DNA of 25,194 nucleotides from a virus (taxonomy: Duplodnaviria > Caudoviricetes): positions 1 to 25,194 of IMG/VR virus record IMGVR_UViG_3300031758_000531; one strand, 5' to 3'. Made by a program: the position numbers and the translations under genes. The first letter of the stretch is position 1. Each line of letters opens with the position of its first letter. Below, piece by piece: positions 1-9,578 of this stretch. The notes under the pieces were generated by a model, which ran no database searches, was not told the DNA's origin, and worked only from the letters and a program-made list of their open reading frames with translations.

Positions 1-2
1 CA

Positions 3-455
3 GATAAGAATAAAAAAGCATATTCATACTTTGGTACTATTTGTAAAAACTACCTTATGGGTCAAATACAAAAAGACCAAAAAGATATGAACAGAAAAAT
101 ATCCTATGAGGATATTTCATCTAGTTTAGAAAATAGACCTGACATGATTTATTATTTAGAATTTGAAGAAGTTGATGCGGTTAAGGTTATAGACATTTTT
201 GTGAAGGATATGAAAGATTACATAACTAACACAAAGTTGAATGAAAACGAAATAAAGTTGGGTGTTGCGTTAATTGATTTGTTTGATAATTATGGAAACA
301 TTTTTATTGGTAATGATAACAATAAATTCAATAAAAATATTATTCTTCTATCTCTTAGAGAGATGACAAATCTTAGTACAAAAGAAATCAGAATTTATCT
401 AAAAAAATACAAGACATTATATTTGGATACAGTAAAAAGAATAAATAATAAATAA
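3..455 (+). CDS. Probable late-transcription sigma factor (T4 gp55-like), 5'-truncated by the window
   Basis: The frame is open from base 3 (DKNKKAYSYFGTICKNYLMGQIQKD...), so the gene begins before the window. AYSYFGTICKNYL resembles sigma region 2.3/2.4 of gp55-like phage sigmas. It has a short helical C-terminus (LLSLREMTNLSTKEIR) and a virion-gene context. Confidence 0.6.
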   Translation, partial: DKNKKAYSYFGTICKNYLMGQIQKDQKDMNRKISYEDISSSLENRPDMIYYLEFEEVDAVKVIDIFVKDMKDYITNTKLNENEIKLGVALIDLFDNYGNIFIGNDNNKFNKNIILLSLREMTNLSTKEIRIYLKKYKTLYLDTVKRINNK

Positions 456-467
456 TTCCACTCTAAA

Positions 468-474
468 TATTTAT
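468..474 (+). promoter_or_regulatory. TATTTAT motif, candidate late promoter
   Basis: aaaTATTTATttagtATG, 5 nt before the start at 480; the same motif precedes eight other genes. Confidence 0.45.
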
Positions 475-479
475 TTAGT

Positions 480-845
480 ATGAACAGGAATAGAAAAAAA
501 GAAATATCCTTGAACAAGGACTCAGTATTGAGTCTTATGCAAGAAATTTATAATGAACTTGTTGAACAAAAAGCAACTGCAACTAGAATTCAAAATAAAA
601 TGTTAGCGATGCTTAAGGACCCCGAAGACATGACACTTATTGGTCCTGTTATTAAGGAACAACAGAAAATAATTAATGATACTATAGAAAAAAAACTTAC
701 CCTATCAAAATTACAATCCACTTTATGGGAGAAATCCAATAAAGATAAGAGTGATGATTTTATTCTTACTGATGTTGATGATGATCTAATACAAAATCTT
801 TTGAAAAAAGATATTGATAAATCTAGTGATAATTACAAATTATAA
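480..845 (+). CDS. Hypothetical protein, coiled-coil-like, 121 aa
   Basis: Clean ORF with helical composition; its TAA overlaps the next ATG (TAATG). Confidence 0.8.
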   Translation: MNRNRKKEISLNKDSVLSLMQEIYNELVEQKATATRIQNKMLAMLKDPEDMTLIGPVIKEQQKIINDTIEKKLTLSKLQSTLWEKSNKDKSDDFILTDVDDDLIQNLLKKDIDKSSDNYKL

Positions 846-2794
846 TGGGATTAGATTACAAAAAAGGTGTTGATGACGCGGCTAAAAAAATGGATAGCTA
901 CGCGACAGTTAATAACATAAAAAAGCAACAAAAAAAAATAAAAAAAAAATTAAAGGGAGACGAGAGAAAACAAAAATCACCTAAGGAAAAAATAGCAAGC
1001 TACAAAGAAAAAGCCGCTAAATTTGAGGAGAACGCAAAAAGTCTTTTTGAGGACATGATTTTTCTTTTTAAAAAATCTGCTCAGTCAGCATTTTCAACAT
1101 CAGGATCGTTAGGAAGTACTCAATTTTTGAATGAGGCTTTATTTTTTGCGGTTGATAGGGTTAAATCACAAATAATAAACATAATATTAGAAGAAATTAT
1201 AAGTTCTTTAGGTTGTAGTGAAGAAACAAACTATAATGACATAGTAAATGTACCTATGTATATTCGTGTTAAAGATATAGATTTATTTAGTATTTTGAAA
1301 TATAGTCCTGATGATGAAAATTCAAAGTTTCTTTACGAAAAAGCTGACACACAAAATGGAGATGTACCATACTCAATGAACAGACAGTTATATCATAGAT
1401 TAGTTTCTTCACAATCATTTCAACAGGAGTACGGTAGTTTTTTCAAAGGATCTTCAGGCGCAAATCTTTTTGATATAAAATATGTTACCACAGGTTTTGA
1501 TCCGTTTGGTAATCAAATAGATGGCGACTTATTTGAAATTACATTAACTAGTTTACCATTAAACTCAACAAATGTTACTGATTTTTTATCAGAATATTTT
1601 AATACAATAGAAGTCTTTAACTTAGATGACGTAATAAGTCAAGCAATTAATATAGTACTTGGTAGTATAAGTATTGGTTTAGAACAACCAGATTTAGAGT
1701 TAGAGTCAATTGAAAAGTTTTTGAAAGTAGTAAAGAGAATTATAGGTATTTGCGATGACCCAAATAAAAAAATAGATGTTTCTGGTGTTGCTAAGTTAAG
1801 TGATGAAGACTTAATAACTGATGATTTCTTTGAGGTTACGGGACAAGAACTAAGAGAAGTTGAGGAAAGAGTTGATCAAATTAAAAGAGGTATAATTACA
1901 TTTGCAGATTGTGGTAATATTGAAGTTCCCGTTAATGTTCAAGCAATAAACGCAGGTCTAAGTGAAATAATTTCAGAAGTTAAAACCGCAGATAAAATTA
2001 CAAAATTGAGCAACTTAGTTAACGATATTGCTAGTGACCCAAAATGGAAATTTTCTTTACCTATACCAACAATTAGTATTTCAGAAACTTTGTTTAATGA
2101 TTTACTATTAAGTTTACCAACCGCCGTGTTTAAGACTCTCTTGAGTCCTAAAGTTTTATTAGGGTTTTTTATAATGTTGAGAGCAATTACTTATAGTGCT
2201 AATCAATATGTACAAAATCTTGTTGGTTCTGCGGATGAGTTTTTGAAAAACTTTAGAAAATTAGCCATTTCGGTTTGTAGAAAAATAGTTGCACTATTCA
2301 TAAAAGAACTTTTCGGTTACATCAAATCTAATATTAAAAAATTAGTTGAAAATATAATTTTAGACATCGTAAAAGAATCTAAAGATAAACAATTTGCAAT
2401 GTACACCGCAATTGTTGGAGCTCTATTACAAATCGGTAGTGCTCTTGTGGATTTTAGACAATGTAAGAGTGTTATTGATGAAATATTAAAACTACTTCAG
2501 TTGGCTTCTGCTCAATTTGGATTTGGGTTACCTTCATTTATTTTACAAGGTGCTAAGTTTTTAGGTGGTGTTTCTAAAACAAGATCTTTAGCCAAAACTA
2601 TTCAGAATTTACAAGAATCGGGTTTACCAACAGATGATAACGCCGACGGTAGTCCAAATCTAATGAACCAAATGATGGACTCAATTCTTCAAGCAAGTAT
2701 TGATGAGCAGGCACAAAATGGAAAAACAGAAATTGCTTTTCCACCAACACCGCAATTCCCAAAAGGATTCAAATTATACGGAAAATCATATTAA
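845..2794 (+). CDS. Hypothetical protein, 649 aa, possibly tail/baseplate-associated
   Basis: Long ORF coupled to the upstream gene, with a Lys-rich N-terminus and amphipathic helices. Function is inferred only from its position near the spike gene. Confidence 0.75.
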   Translation: MGLDYKKGVDDAAKKMDSYATVNNIKKQQKKIKKKLKGDERKQKSPKEKIASYKEKAAKFEENAKSLFEDMIFLFKKSAQSAFSTSGSLGSTQFLNEALFFAVDRVKSQIINIILEEIISSLGCSEETNYNDIVNVPMYIRVKDIDLFSILKYSPDDENSKFLYEKADTQNGDVPYSMNRQLYHRLVSSQSFQQEYGSFFKGSSGANLFDIKYVTTGFDPFGNQIDGDLFEITLTSLPLNSTNVTDFLSEYFNTIEVFNLDDVISQAINIVLGSISIGLEQPDLELESIEKFLKVVKRIIGICDDPNKKIDVSGVAKLSDEDLITDDFFEVTGQELREVEERVDQIKRGIITFADCGNIEVPVNVQAINAGLSEIISEVKTADKITKLSNLVNDIASDPKWKFSLPIPTISISETLFNDLLLSLPTAVFKTLLSPKVLLGFFIMLRAITYSANQYVQNLVGSADEFLKNFRKLAISVCRKIVALFIKELFGYIKSNIKKLVENIILDIVKESKDKQFAMYTAIVGALLQIGSALVDFRQCKSVIDEILKLLQLASAQFGFGLPSFILQGAKFLGGVSKTRSLAKTIQNLQESGLPTDDNADGSPNLMNQMMDSILQASIDEQAQNGKTEIAFPPTPQFPKGFKLYGKSY

Positions 2795-2796
2795 TT

Positions 2797-2997
2797 ATGG
2801 AAAGTGAAAAAGTATTAGAAATATTAAACGATTATAAAAATAAATCTAATAAAGAATTATTAGATACTGTAACATTTTTGTATGATGATTTTTACAAAAC
2901 AAAAGATTTAATTCTGAAACTAACTAAACATTTAGATTCCACAGAAAATAGTTATAATAAAGTTTTAGAGGAACTAAATAATAGAAAAACTTTATAA
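2797..2997 (+). CDS. Hypothetical protein, 66 aa, helical
   Basis: Fills the gap exactly, with 2 nt and 1 nt spacing to its neighbours. Confidence 0.75.
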   Translation: MESEKVLEILNDYKNKSNKELLDTVTFLYDDFYKTKDLILKLTKHLDSTENSYNKVLEELNNRKTL

Positions 2998-2998
2998 G

Positions 2999-4642
2999 AT
3001 GAGTGAATCGAATATGGGATATGAAATGACTCGAAATTTTTATTTTGGGGAGTGTTTAGATAGTGATGATCCATTGATGTTAGGTAGAATCAGAGCCAGA
3101 TTGTTTGATGAAAATATCGAACAAAGAAAAAAAGCGGCTAATGATTTTGATGAAAATGGAAGTAGCACAACTAACGGACCGTGGTCAGATAAAGATCCAT
3201 TTATATTCTTACCGTTTTTACCTTATTTTATAAATCAAGTACCAAGAGTAAAAGAGCAGTGTGTTTTATTTTACTTTGATAGGACTAGAAGATCGGGTAG
3301 AAATAAATTTTATATGATGGGCCCGTTCTCGTCACCAATGACAATAAAATACGAGGATTATAGGTCCTCACAAACTAACCTTGATTCTGGTAGACAAAAC
3401 TCAAATGCGAGTTTACCGAATATAAAAAATTCTAATGGTGTTTATTATGATGTAGAAAAAACAGGAGTTTTTACCGAACCTTTTGATATTAGCTTAAATG
3501 GTAGAGATACTTCTGATATAATTCTGAAAGAAAGAGATATACTTTTAAGAGCGGGTAAACATTTACCGTTTGTTAGAGGCGAAGTTCCGTTTCCAAACGA
3601 AAGAAGAGCATTTTTACAAATGTCATATTTTGATAAATTATTAAATTATGAAGAACCTGTAACATATCAAAAACTAGAAAGAAATAATGAATCAATAAAA
3701 TATCTTATCGAGTATCAGTGTTCGACAAAAAACACAAACGCAGATTCTTTTACTGGTATGATTATTATTTATAAAATAGATCCAAGTCCTTTTACTCAAA
3801 CCGATTTTTTTGATTGGGAAACACAATTAACTGGAGTTACACCTCAAATAATTTATACAAAAACTTTAACCGCCTTACCACTTGATAAATTCGCAAGTGA
3901 AATTAATAAAGTAATAGTTGATTTCCAACAAAGACCCTTCAAGTTATTTAATACAACAAACAATATTGTAACAACAAGCGGGACCTCAACTGTTACGACA
4001 GGCGTTACGGAAATAACAACAGCAACAGGGTTCGATTCGGTTGAATATTGGGCATCTAACCCACCTTTTCCATTTTTTTATAGACCAGATATTGCAATTA
4101 GAAAAACTATCACAGACTTTTTAGGTAATGTTGATACTAAATCGGTTGAAAATATGGCAAAATTACTTCAAAAAGTAGAGGTTAGTGTAACAACAACACA
4201 AAAAGGTTATGGTTTAGTTAACGATAAAGAAAATGGTATTAGGTCACCATTTAGAGGAATAGACGAAACGGTAATACCTATAACAACAAACGTTATAGAT
4301 AATACTTGTACATTAATGGGTGCTGAAACTTTGTATTTTTTATCTCATTTAGAAACAATACCAGGTAAAGAAAAGGTCGATTTATCAAATAGTATTTATG
4401 GTATTAGCGCAAATACAGTTTTTGAGCAAATATTACCAAACACATCTTCTATGGTTAGAGGTGAAGAACTAATGGAATTACTAAGATTGATAGTTAATTT
4501 TTTAATAACTCATGATCACCCTTATCCTCAATTACCCCCAACACCAATAGCAGCAGCATCTAATATTAGTACACAAGATTTACTAACCACATTACAAGAA
4601 GCGTATCAAAAAGTTTTAAATAAAAATATTCGTATTAACTAA
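2999..4642 (+). CDS. Baseplate central spike/hub protein (T4 gp5/VgrG OB-fold-like)
   Basis: N-terminal GECLDSDDPLMLGRIRARL and LPYFINQVPRVKEQCVLFY match the gp5/VgrG OB-fold pattern (DPxxLGRIRV...PxxGExVxVxF). The C-terminal ITHDHP is an HxH spike-tip-like motif. No lysozyme motif was recognised. Confidence 0.65.
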   Translation: MSESNMGYEMTRNFYFGECLDSDDPLMLGRIRARLFDENIEQRKKAANDFDENGSSTTNGPWSDKDPFIFLPFLPYFINQVPRVKEQCVLFYFDRTRRSGRNKFYMMGPFSSPMTIKYEDYRSSQTNLDSGRQNSNASLPNIKNSNGVYYDVEKTGVFTEPFDISLNGRDTSDIILKERDILLRAGKHLPFVRGEVPFPNERRAFLQMSYFDKLLNYEEPVTYQKLERNNESIKYLIEYQCSTKNTNADSFTGMIIIYKIDPSPFTQTDFFDWETQLTGVTPQIIYTKTLTALPLDKFASEINKVIVDFQQRPFKLFNTTNNIVTTSGTSTVTTGVTEITTATGFDSVEYWASNPPFPFFYRPDIAIRKTITDFLGNVDTKSVENMAKLLQKVEVSVTTTQKGYGLVNDKENGIRSPFRGIDETVIPITTNVIDNTCTLMGAETLYFLSHLETIPGKEKVDLSNSIYGISANTVFEQILPNTSSMVRGEELMELLRLIVNFLITHDHPYPQLPPTPIAAASNISTQDLLTTLQEAYQKVLNKNIRIN

Positions 4643-4643
4643 G

Positions 4644-4650
4644 TATTTAT
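4644..4650 (+). promoter_or_regulatory. TATTTAT motif, candidate late promoter
   Basis: aagTATTTATattaaaaatacgaaATG, 14 nt before the start at 4665. Confidence 0.5.
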
Positions 4651-4664
4651 ATTAAAAATACGAA

Positions 4665-6125
4665 ATGTCAATTCACAGATCTTACTTTGATAAGTCAAAT
4701 ACTATTTTATACAATTCCTATACTAATACAGGTAGAAACCCCATTGTGGAATTATTTTTTGGTAGGGTTGAAAATTCACCCGTACCATTAGGATACAGTA
4801 GATATATTTTTGACATAGATTTAAGTAAATTAAAAGAAAAAATTGTTTCAGGTGTAGTTTCAACAGGATGTACCGGATTTTTGGGTATAACACACACTCT
4901 ACGAATGACAAACACTTCTTTCTTTGATAAAGATTTGTTAAACGATAAAACTTCACAGGGTAGAAGGAGAGCTACTTCTTTTGACTTAATTCTTTTTAGA
5001 ATTCCTCAAAATCAATATTGGGATAGTGGTGTCGGTTATGATTATTATGATTTCGGAATAACTAATTTGAATGATCGGTCATTTTCGAATAGACCAACAA
5101 ATTGGTTTGAAAGAACTACTATAAGTGGTTGGTCAACGCCAGGTCTTTATAGTAATACTAATTCGTCAACAGGAACAGGAGTTAATTATTCAGCACTTAC
5201 TATAGTTGACACCCAACATTTTGAGTTTGGTAATGAAGATATAGAATTTAACATGACAAATGAAATAAATTCGATATTGTCCGGTGGAACGACAGGAGTA
5301 ACAGGATGGGGTATTGCTTTTTTACCTCAAGTAGAAAATATTTCTGGACTTACTGAAAATTATTCTGTTGGTTTCTTTTCTCCTCACACACAAACATTTT
5401 ATGAACCATTTTTAGAAACTTCATATAATGACTTGATAGATGATGATAGAAATAATTTTTATGCAGGAATTAATAATGACCTATACTTATATGTTTATGA
5501 AAATGGAAATCCTATAAATTTGGACACTAACCCAACAGTTGATATTTTAGATTCAAATGGTGATCCTGTTGTTGGGTTTACTACACTTACCACTTGTTTA
5601 GTAACAAAAGGTGTTTATAAAGTAACAATTTCTGGTTTAACATCTAATTCGATACCTTGTTTATTTTCAGACGTATGGAAAGGATTATCAATTAATGGTA
5701 TATTATTATCTGATGTTGAAAATGAATTTGCGGTACTTGAAACCGCCGGAAACTATCAAATAGGTACAACAACAAGTAAACCTAAAATTTTTGGTTTTTC
5801 TGTTGATGGTATTAAACAAAATGAGAAGGTTTTAAATACAGACATTAGAAAGGTTAATTTAACAATTAAACAAGCTTACACATCAAATTCAGTATTAAAC
5901 CCAGTAGAGTGTTATTATAGAATATATGTAAGAGAGGGGTCAAATACAGAAGTACAGGTCCAAGATTGGACAAGAGTTAATAAAACACCAGACGGTTATT
6001 ATTTTGTTTTTGATACAACAGATAAGATACCTAATGAATATTTTATTGACATAAAAGTAATAACTGATAAAAATGTAGATACTTATAAAAGAGAACTACA
6101 ATTTCAAATAGTAAATAAATTATAA
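4665..6125 (+). CDS. Putative virion structural protein, 486 aa, beta-rich
   Basis: Long ORF rich in S/T/G/N and aromatic residues, with Ig-like beta patterning in the C-terminal half; lies in a structural cluster. Confidence 0.7.
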   Translation: MSIHRSYFDKSNTILYNSYTNTGRNPIVELFFGRVENSPVPLGYSRYIFDIDLSKLKEKIVSGVVSTGCTGFLGITHTLRMTNTSFFDKDLLNDKTSQGRRRATSFDLILFRIPQNQYWDSGVGYDYYDFGITNLNDRSFSNRPTNWFERTTISGWSTPGLYSNTNSSTGTGVNYSALTIVDTQHFEFGNEDIEFNMTNEINSILSGGTTGVTGWGIAFLPQVENISGLTENYSVGFFSPHTQTFYEPFLETSYNDLIDDDRNNFYAGINNDLYLYVYENGNPINLDTNPTVDILDSNGDPVVGFTTLTTCLVTKGVYKVTISGLTSNSIPCLFSDVWKGLSINGILLSDVENEFAVLETAGNYQIGTTTSKPKIFGFSVDGIKQNEKVLNTDIRKVNLTIKQAYTSNSVLNPVECYYRIYVREGSNTEVQVQDWTRVNKTPDGYYFVFDTTDKIPNEYFIDIKVITDKNVDTYKRELQFQIVNKL

Positions 6126-6139
6126 AAAAATAAAAAAAT

Positions 6140-7951
6140 ATGGCAGATGGTAATAACGCTTATAAATGTGGCGACTCAGGAACAACATTAGACGTTAATT
6201 ATAACGGATTAACTTTATCGCCTGGTGATGTTGTTTCTTGGCAACTCATATCTAAAGGTGGTTTTGAAACTGGATGTGTAACAATTACAGATGTTGATGT
6301 TTCAGATTCGTCATATAGTGCACAAACACAATACACTGATTGTTATGATTGTTTAAATAACAATAATGGTGTGGTAGAATTATCTAATTGTGCTAGAGGA
6401 ACGGATAGTATTATATTACCTGTATCAGATTTAGGAAGTTTTTTAGAGGTTGGTACAGTAATATATGCAACTATTGATGTTAATGTTAAAGGAATAACTG
6501 TTAGAATAACTTCATGTTGGACTATAGATGGTTACTCAACACCAACAACTGAAAATTATAATAGATTAAATTTGTCATCTATTGTTACATTAGGTGGTAA
6601 TTATGTTGGTTTTATAGATAACTGTACTGAATGCTTAGTTGAAAATTTATCACCATATGCCGTTACTAGATGTTTAGAAGGAACCATTGATCATGTTTTA
6701 CTTTTGGGTGATGGATATGTTGGTAATGTTATTTCTTATACTGATGGTGTAAACATTTATTGTGGTACTGTGGGTGACCAAGAAGCCGGTTCACCTGAAT
6801 GGTTATTTGTTCAAGATTTTGGAGTACCTGTATACAATGGTGAAGCGTGTGATTTATGTTTAACAACATCAAATCAAAAAGTTTTACTTGAAGATTGTAC
6901 AAATCCTGAAAATCAATTAGTTGTTTGGGCATCTAATTTATTTGGTAGTGGTGAGTTTTCTCATTTATCATCATCACTTGGTTGTTTTAAAGTAATAGGA
7001 CCAACAGAAGAGGCAGTAACAGAAAGTTATTTTTTAGATTTTGTACCTTCTCCAGGTTGTAGTCCATGTATTGAATGTAACGGTGTTTTGAAAGGATATA
7101 TAGAGTGTGGTGACGAACCAAGTAGTGGTTCTGTTTTAATTTATGAAGATATACCATATGGTACTGTAATTTATTCACCAAATAGAGAAAGATGTATAAC
7201 TATAGATAAAACAACAACAATGCCTCAAGATCATACATTGTATAGTATGACAACATTTGAAGGATGTACTGATTGTAGTGAAAATGCAAATTTTGAGTTA
7301 TGGGAAGGATCTATATGTGAAACAGGACAAATTATTTATGTCTCAACAGTATCTAGTGCTGGATTATCGGCTGGAAACATAGTAAAGGCAATGTGGGGAT
7401 CGAATGAATATGTTTGTATTGAACTACTATCAACTGCCGCTGGTGGTGATAGTGGTACATGGTACGATACCAAAAAAGATAGTTTAGGAAACAGTGAATT
7501 ATATGACGATTGTAATACTTGTGTTGGATCATCAACAATTGTTGTTGGTTTAATTAACTGTGACACAGATGAAGATAGTTATGTGACAATCAGTTTAAGT
7601 AATTACCTTTCGATTATCGGAAATGGTTTTTCATTACCTAATTATACAATAAGAGATCAAAGACAAAATTGTTACACGATTACAAGTGTGTGTCCTTTAC
7701 CTAGCTCAGCATCAACTGAAAGCATGTTGGCGGTTTATTTTTATTTTAGTTGTCAGTATTGTCCTGATCAAATTATTACAAGTGCGAATACAGAATACAA
7801 CACATGTGTTATATGTTGTGAGTGTGGATCAACAGGTAGCACAGTAAACTCAGTATCAACACCACATCCAACATATACAGACGGTTATAATAACCCAATA
7901 TTACAATTAAATATGGTTGTACTTGGAGGTCAAAACGGATTAAACGCTTAG
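6140..7951 (+). CDS. Cys-rich repeat protein, 603 aa (seven C...C...CxxC repeats), putative virion fibre/decoration protein
   Basis: CxxC at the end of each repeat (DCYDC, NCTEC, ACDLC, GCSPC, GCTDC, DCNTC, SCQYC), each preceded by two single Cys; C-terminal CVICCEC; no signal peptide. Confidence 0.75.
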   Translation: MADGNNAYKCGDSGTTLDVNYNGLTLSPGDVVSWQLISKGGFETGCVTITDVDVSDSSYSAQTQYTDCYDCLNNNNGVVELSNCARGTDSIILPVSDLGSFLEVGTVIYATIDVNVKGITVRITSCWTIDGYSTPTTENYNRLNLSSIVTLGGNYVGFIDNCTECLVENLSPYAVTRCLEGTIDHVLLLGDGYVGNVISYTDGVNIYCGTVGDQEAGSPEWLFVQDFGVPVYNGEACDLCLTTSNQKVLLEDCTNPENQLVVWASNLFGSGEFSHLSSSLGCFKVIGPTEEAVTESYFLDFVPSPGCSPCIECNGVLKGYIECGDEPSSGSVLIYEDIPYGTVIYSPNRERCITIDKTTTMPQDHTLYSMTTFEGCTDCSENANFELWEGSICETGQIIYVSTVSSAGLSAGNIVKAMWGSNEYVCIELLSTAAGGDSGTWYDTKKDSLGNSELYDDCNTCVGSSTIVVGLINCDTDEDSYVTISLSNYLSIIGNGFSLPNYTIRDQRQNCYTITSVCPLPSSASTESMLAVYFYFSCQYCPDQIITSANTEYNTCVICCECGSTGSTVNSVSTPHPTYTDGYNNPILQLNMVVLGGQNGLNA

Positions 7952-7954
7952 ATT

Positions 7955-8404
7955 ATGAATATAAATTATATTATACGTAAAGTATTAAGAGAAGAAGAGA
8001 AAAAACATTCAAGTAGATACATGTTTTTTTCTAATTTAGAACAAATGAAAAGACAATGTGAAATGTTATTAGAAATGGATCAAGATGATATTGAGTCTAT
8101 TTTGGAGAACGGTCACGATTGGGCTCAAGATCATATTGCTGAAGCTAAAAATAACATGGACCAAGTCTTTGATTTTTTGAAAAACGAAATGGTAGGAGAC
8201 CGTGATTACGAAGAAGATGAAGATATGATTGAAGAAGGTCGTAAAAAAACAGGTACTAAACTTTGCGCTAGAGGAAAGGCTTCCGCAAAATCGAAATATG
8301 ACGTTTATCCCTCAGCTTATGCAAATGGACACGCTATTCAAGTTTGTAAAGGAAAAGTTAAAGGACTTGACGGTAAAAAAAGGTGTTCACCACCATACTG
8401 TTAA
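7955..8404 (+). CDS. Hypothetical two-module protein, 149 aa, possibly head-internal
   Basis: N-terminal IIRKVLREE, an acidic helical module (HDWAQDHI), then a basic Cys-containing module with YDVYPSAYANG. Confidence 0.75.
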   Translation: MNINYIIRKVLREEEKKHSSRYMFFSNLEQMKRQCEMLLEMDQDDIESILENGHDWAQDHIAEAKNNMDQVFDFLKNEMVGDRDYEEDEDMIEEGRKKTGTKLCARGKASAKSKYDVYPSAYANGHAIQVCKGKVKGLDGKKRCSPPYC

Positions 8405-9117
8405 AGACTTGATAAAATATTTTTAACTAAAATATCTAAGGACTCTTTTTGGGTCCTTTTCTTTTTTGGTTTGTATGATGTCATTACAGGTTTTTGGCCT
8501 TTACCCGATTGTGGATCATTTTTTTCAGCCTTTCTTTTTTGCTGACAAGCGGCTCTTTTTTGAGAATCAGACATTTTTCCCGCAACACCAGCTGCCCTAC
8601 ATTTAGGATAAGAACCACTATTAGCGTCACTTCTACCACAAGGTGGATGTTTACCATCAACTTTCCTACAAATGTCAACCCAAGGACCCTTAGGTTGTTT
8701 AGAACCTTTTGGTTTTTTCTTTTTACCAAACCATACCGCCAAATCTTCATTAAGAAGTATTTTATCTAATTCGATCCACTCATTAACAGGAACAATATTT
8801 TTACCTTTACCTGGCGTTTGATTTATTATTCCACCATCTTCGTCATTTTGTTGTTTGTGAGTTTTATTATATTTTGAAATACTTTTAGATTTCATTTCTA
8901 ATTTTTTTCTATCTTTTTTATGAGAATCTACTGAACCGTCGTAACTGTCATATTGTAATTCAGCATTTGAAAAGTTTGAAACTTTTTTAGTAAAAGGACC
9001 TAAAGAACTGTCTTCCCAATCTATTTCACCCATACTCAAAGGTCCGTTATAATAACCAGCATATCTATCAGAATTTGCCTCCCTAATAATTTTTTTAACT
9101 ATTTTTTGAATGTCCAT
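8401..9117 (-). CDS. Hypothetical basic protein, 238 aa, possibly head-internal
   Basis: N-terminal IVKKIIREA and a C-terminal module LAVWFG...WVDIC...HPPCGR...YPKCR. Its stop shares the TTAA at 8401-8404 with the convergent gene. Confidence 0.8.
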   Translation of the reverse strand: MDIQKIVKKIIREANSDRYAGYYNGPLSMGEIDWEDSSLGPFTKKVSNFSNAELQYDSYDGSVDSHKKDRKKLEMKSKSISKYNKTHKQQNDEDGGIINQTPGKGKNIVPVNEWIELDKILLNEDLAVWFGKKKKPKGSKQPKGPWVDICRKVDGKHPPCGRSDANSGSYPKCRAAGVAGKMSDSQKRAACQQKRKAEKNDPQSGKGQKPVMTSYKPKKKRTQKESLDILVKNILSSL

Positions 9118-9578
9118 TATCTTCTTTTACTTTCTAATAAATATCTATAAACCAGTAAATGTATATGATAAAACACCAGCACCATAATACCCCAAGTTTC
9201 CGCCCAAAATAAACCATTAAAAAGTAACACCGCAGAAAATATAAAGATAAACAAATAATATCTAAATCTTTTAATAGACCACAAAGATACGCCTGAAAAA
9301 ATAAAAAATAATATAGCAAAAATATTATGTAATACAAAATAATCACAAACAGGAAACGCGGTTAAAAGTAATAGAAGAGTTGCCGGTATTCTCCATTTTT
9401 CTAATTTAAAAAAGAAAAAACTAACAAGAGCATTTGTTATAATAAACATGGGTTGGAGTGGTGTGCTCCAAGACTGTGATATTGCACTATTATCACCATA
9501 TAGGATATAAATAATAAAAGGTTGTAAGACCGCTAAAAACGATGCGAACAACCTTTCAAAAATATCCCACCTACTCAT
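9117..9578 (-). CDS. Multi-pass membrane protein, 153 aa (about 5-6 TM segments)
   Basis: Long hydrophobic stretches throughout; its start directly follows the TAG of the 663-aa gene, and its TAA overlaps the next ATG. Confidence 0.8.
   Translation of the reverse strand: MSRWDIFERLFASFLAVLQPFIIYILYGDNSAISQSWSTPLQPMFIITNALVSFFFFKLEKWRIPATLLLLLTAFPVCDYFVLHNIFAILFFIFSGVSLWSIKRFRYYLFIFIFSAVLLFNGLFWAETWGIMVLVFYHIHLLVYRYLLESKRR
9137..9143 (-). promoter_or_regulatory. TATTTAT motif, candidate late promoter for the 238-aa gene
   Basis: agaTATTTATtagaaagtaaaagaagataATG on the - strand, embedded in the 3' end of the membrane-protein gene. Confidence 0.4.

Noticed and set aside
930-949. A9/A10 runs as a frameshift or phase-variation site
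   Set aside because: They encode a Lys-rich stretch in an intact ORF; such runs are common in this AT-rich DNA and no alternative product is evident.
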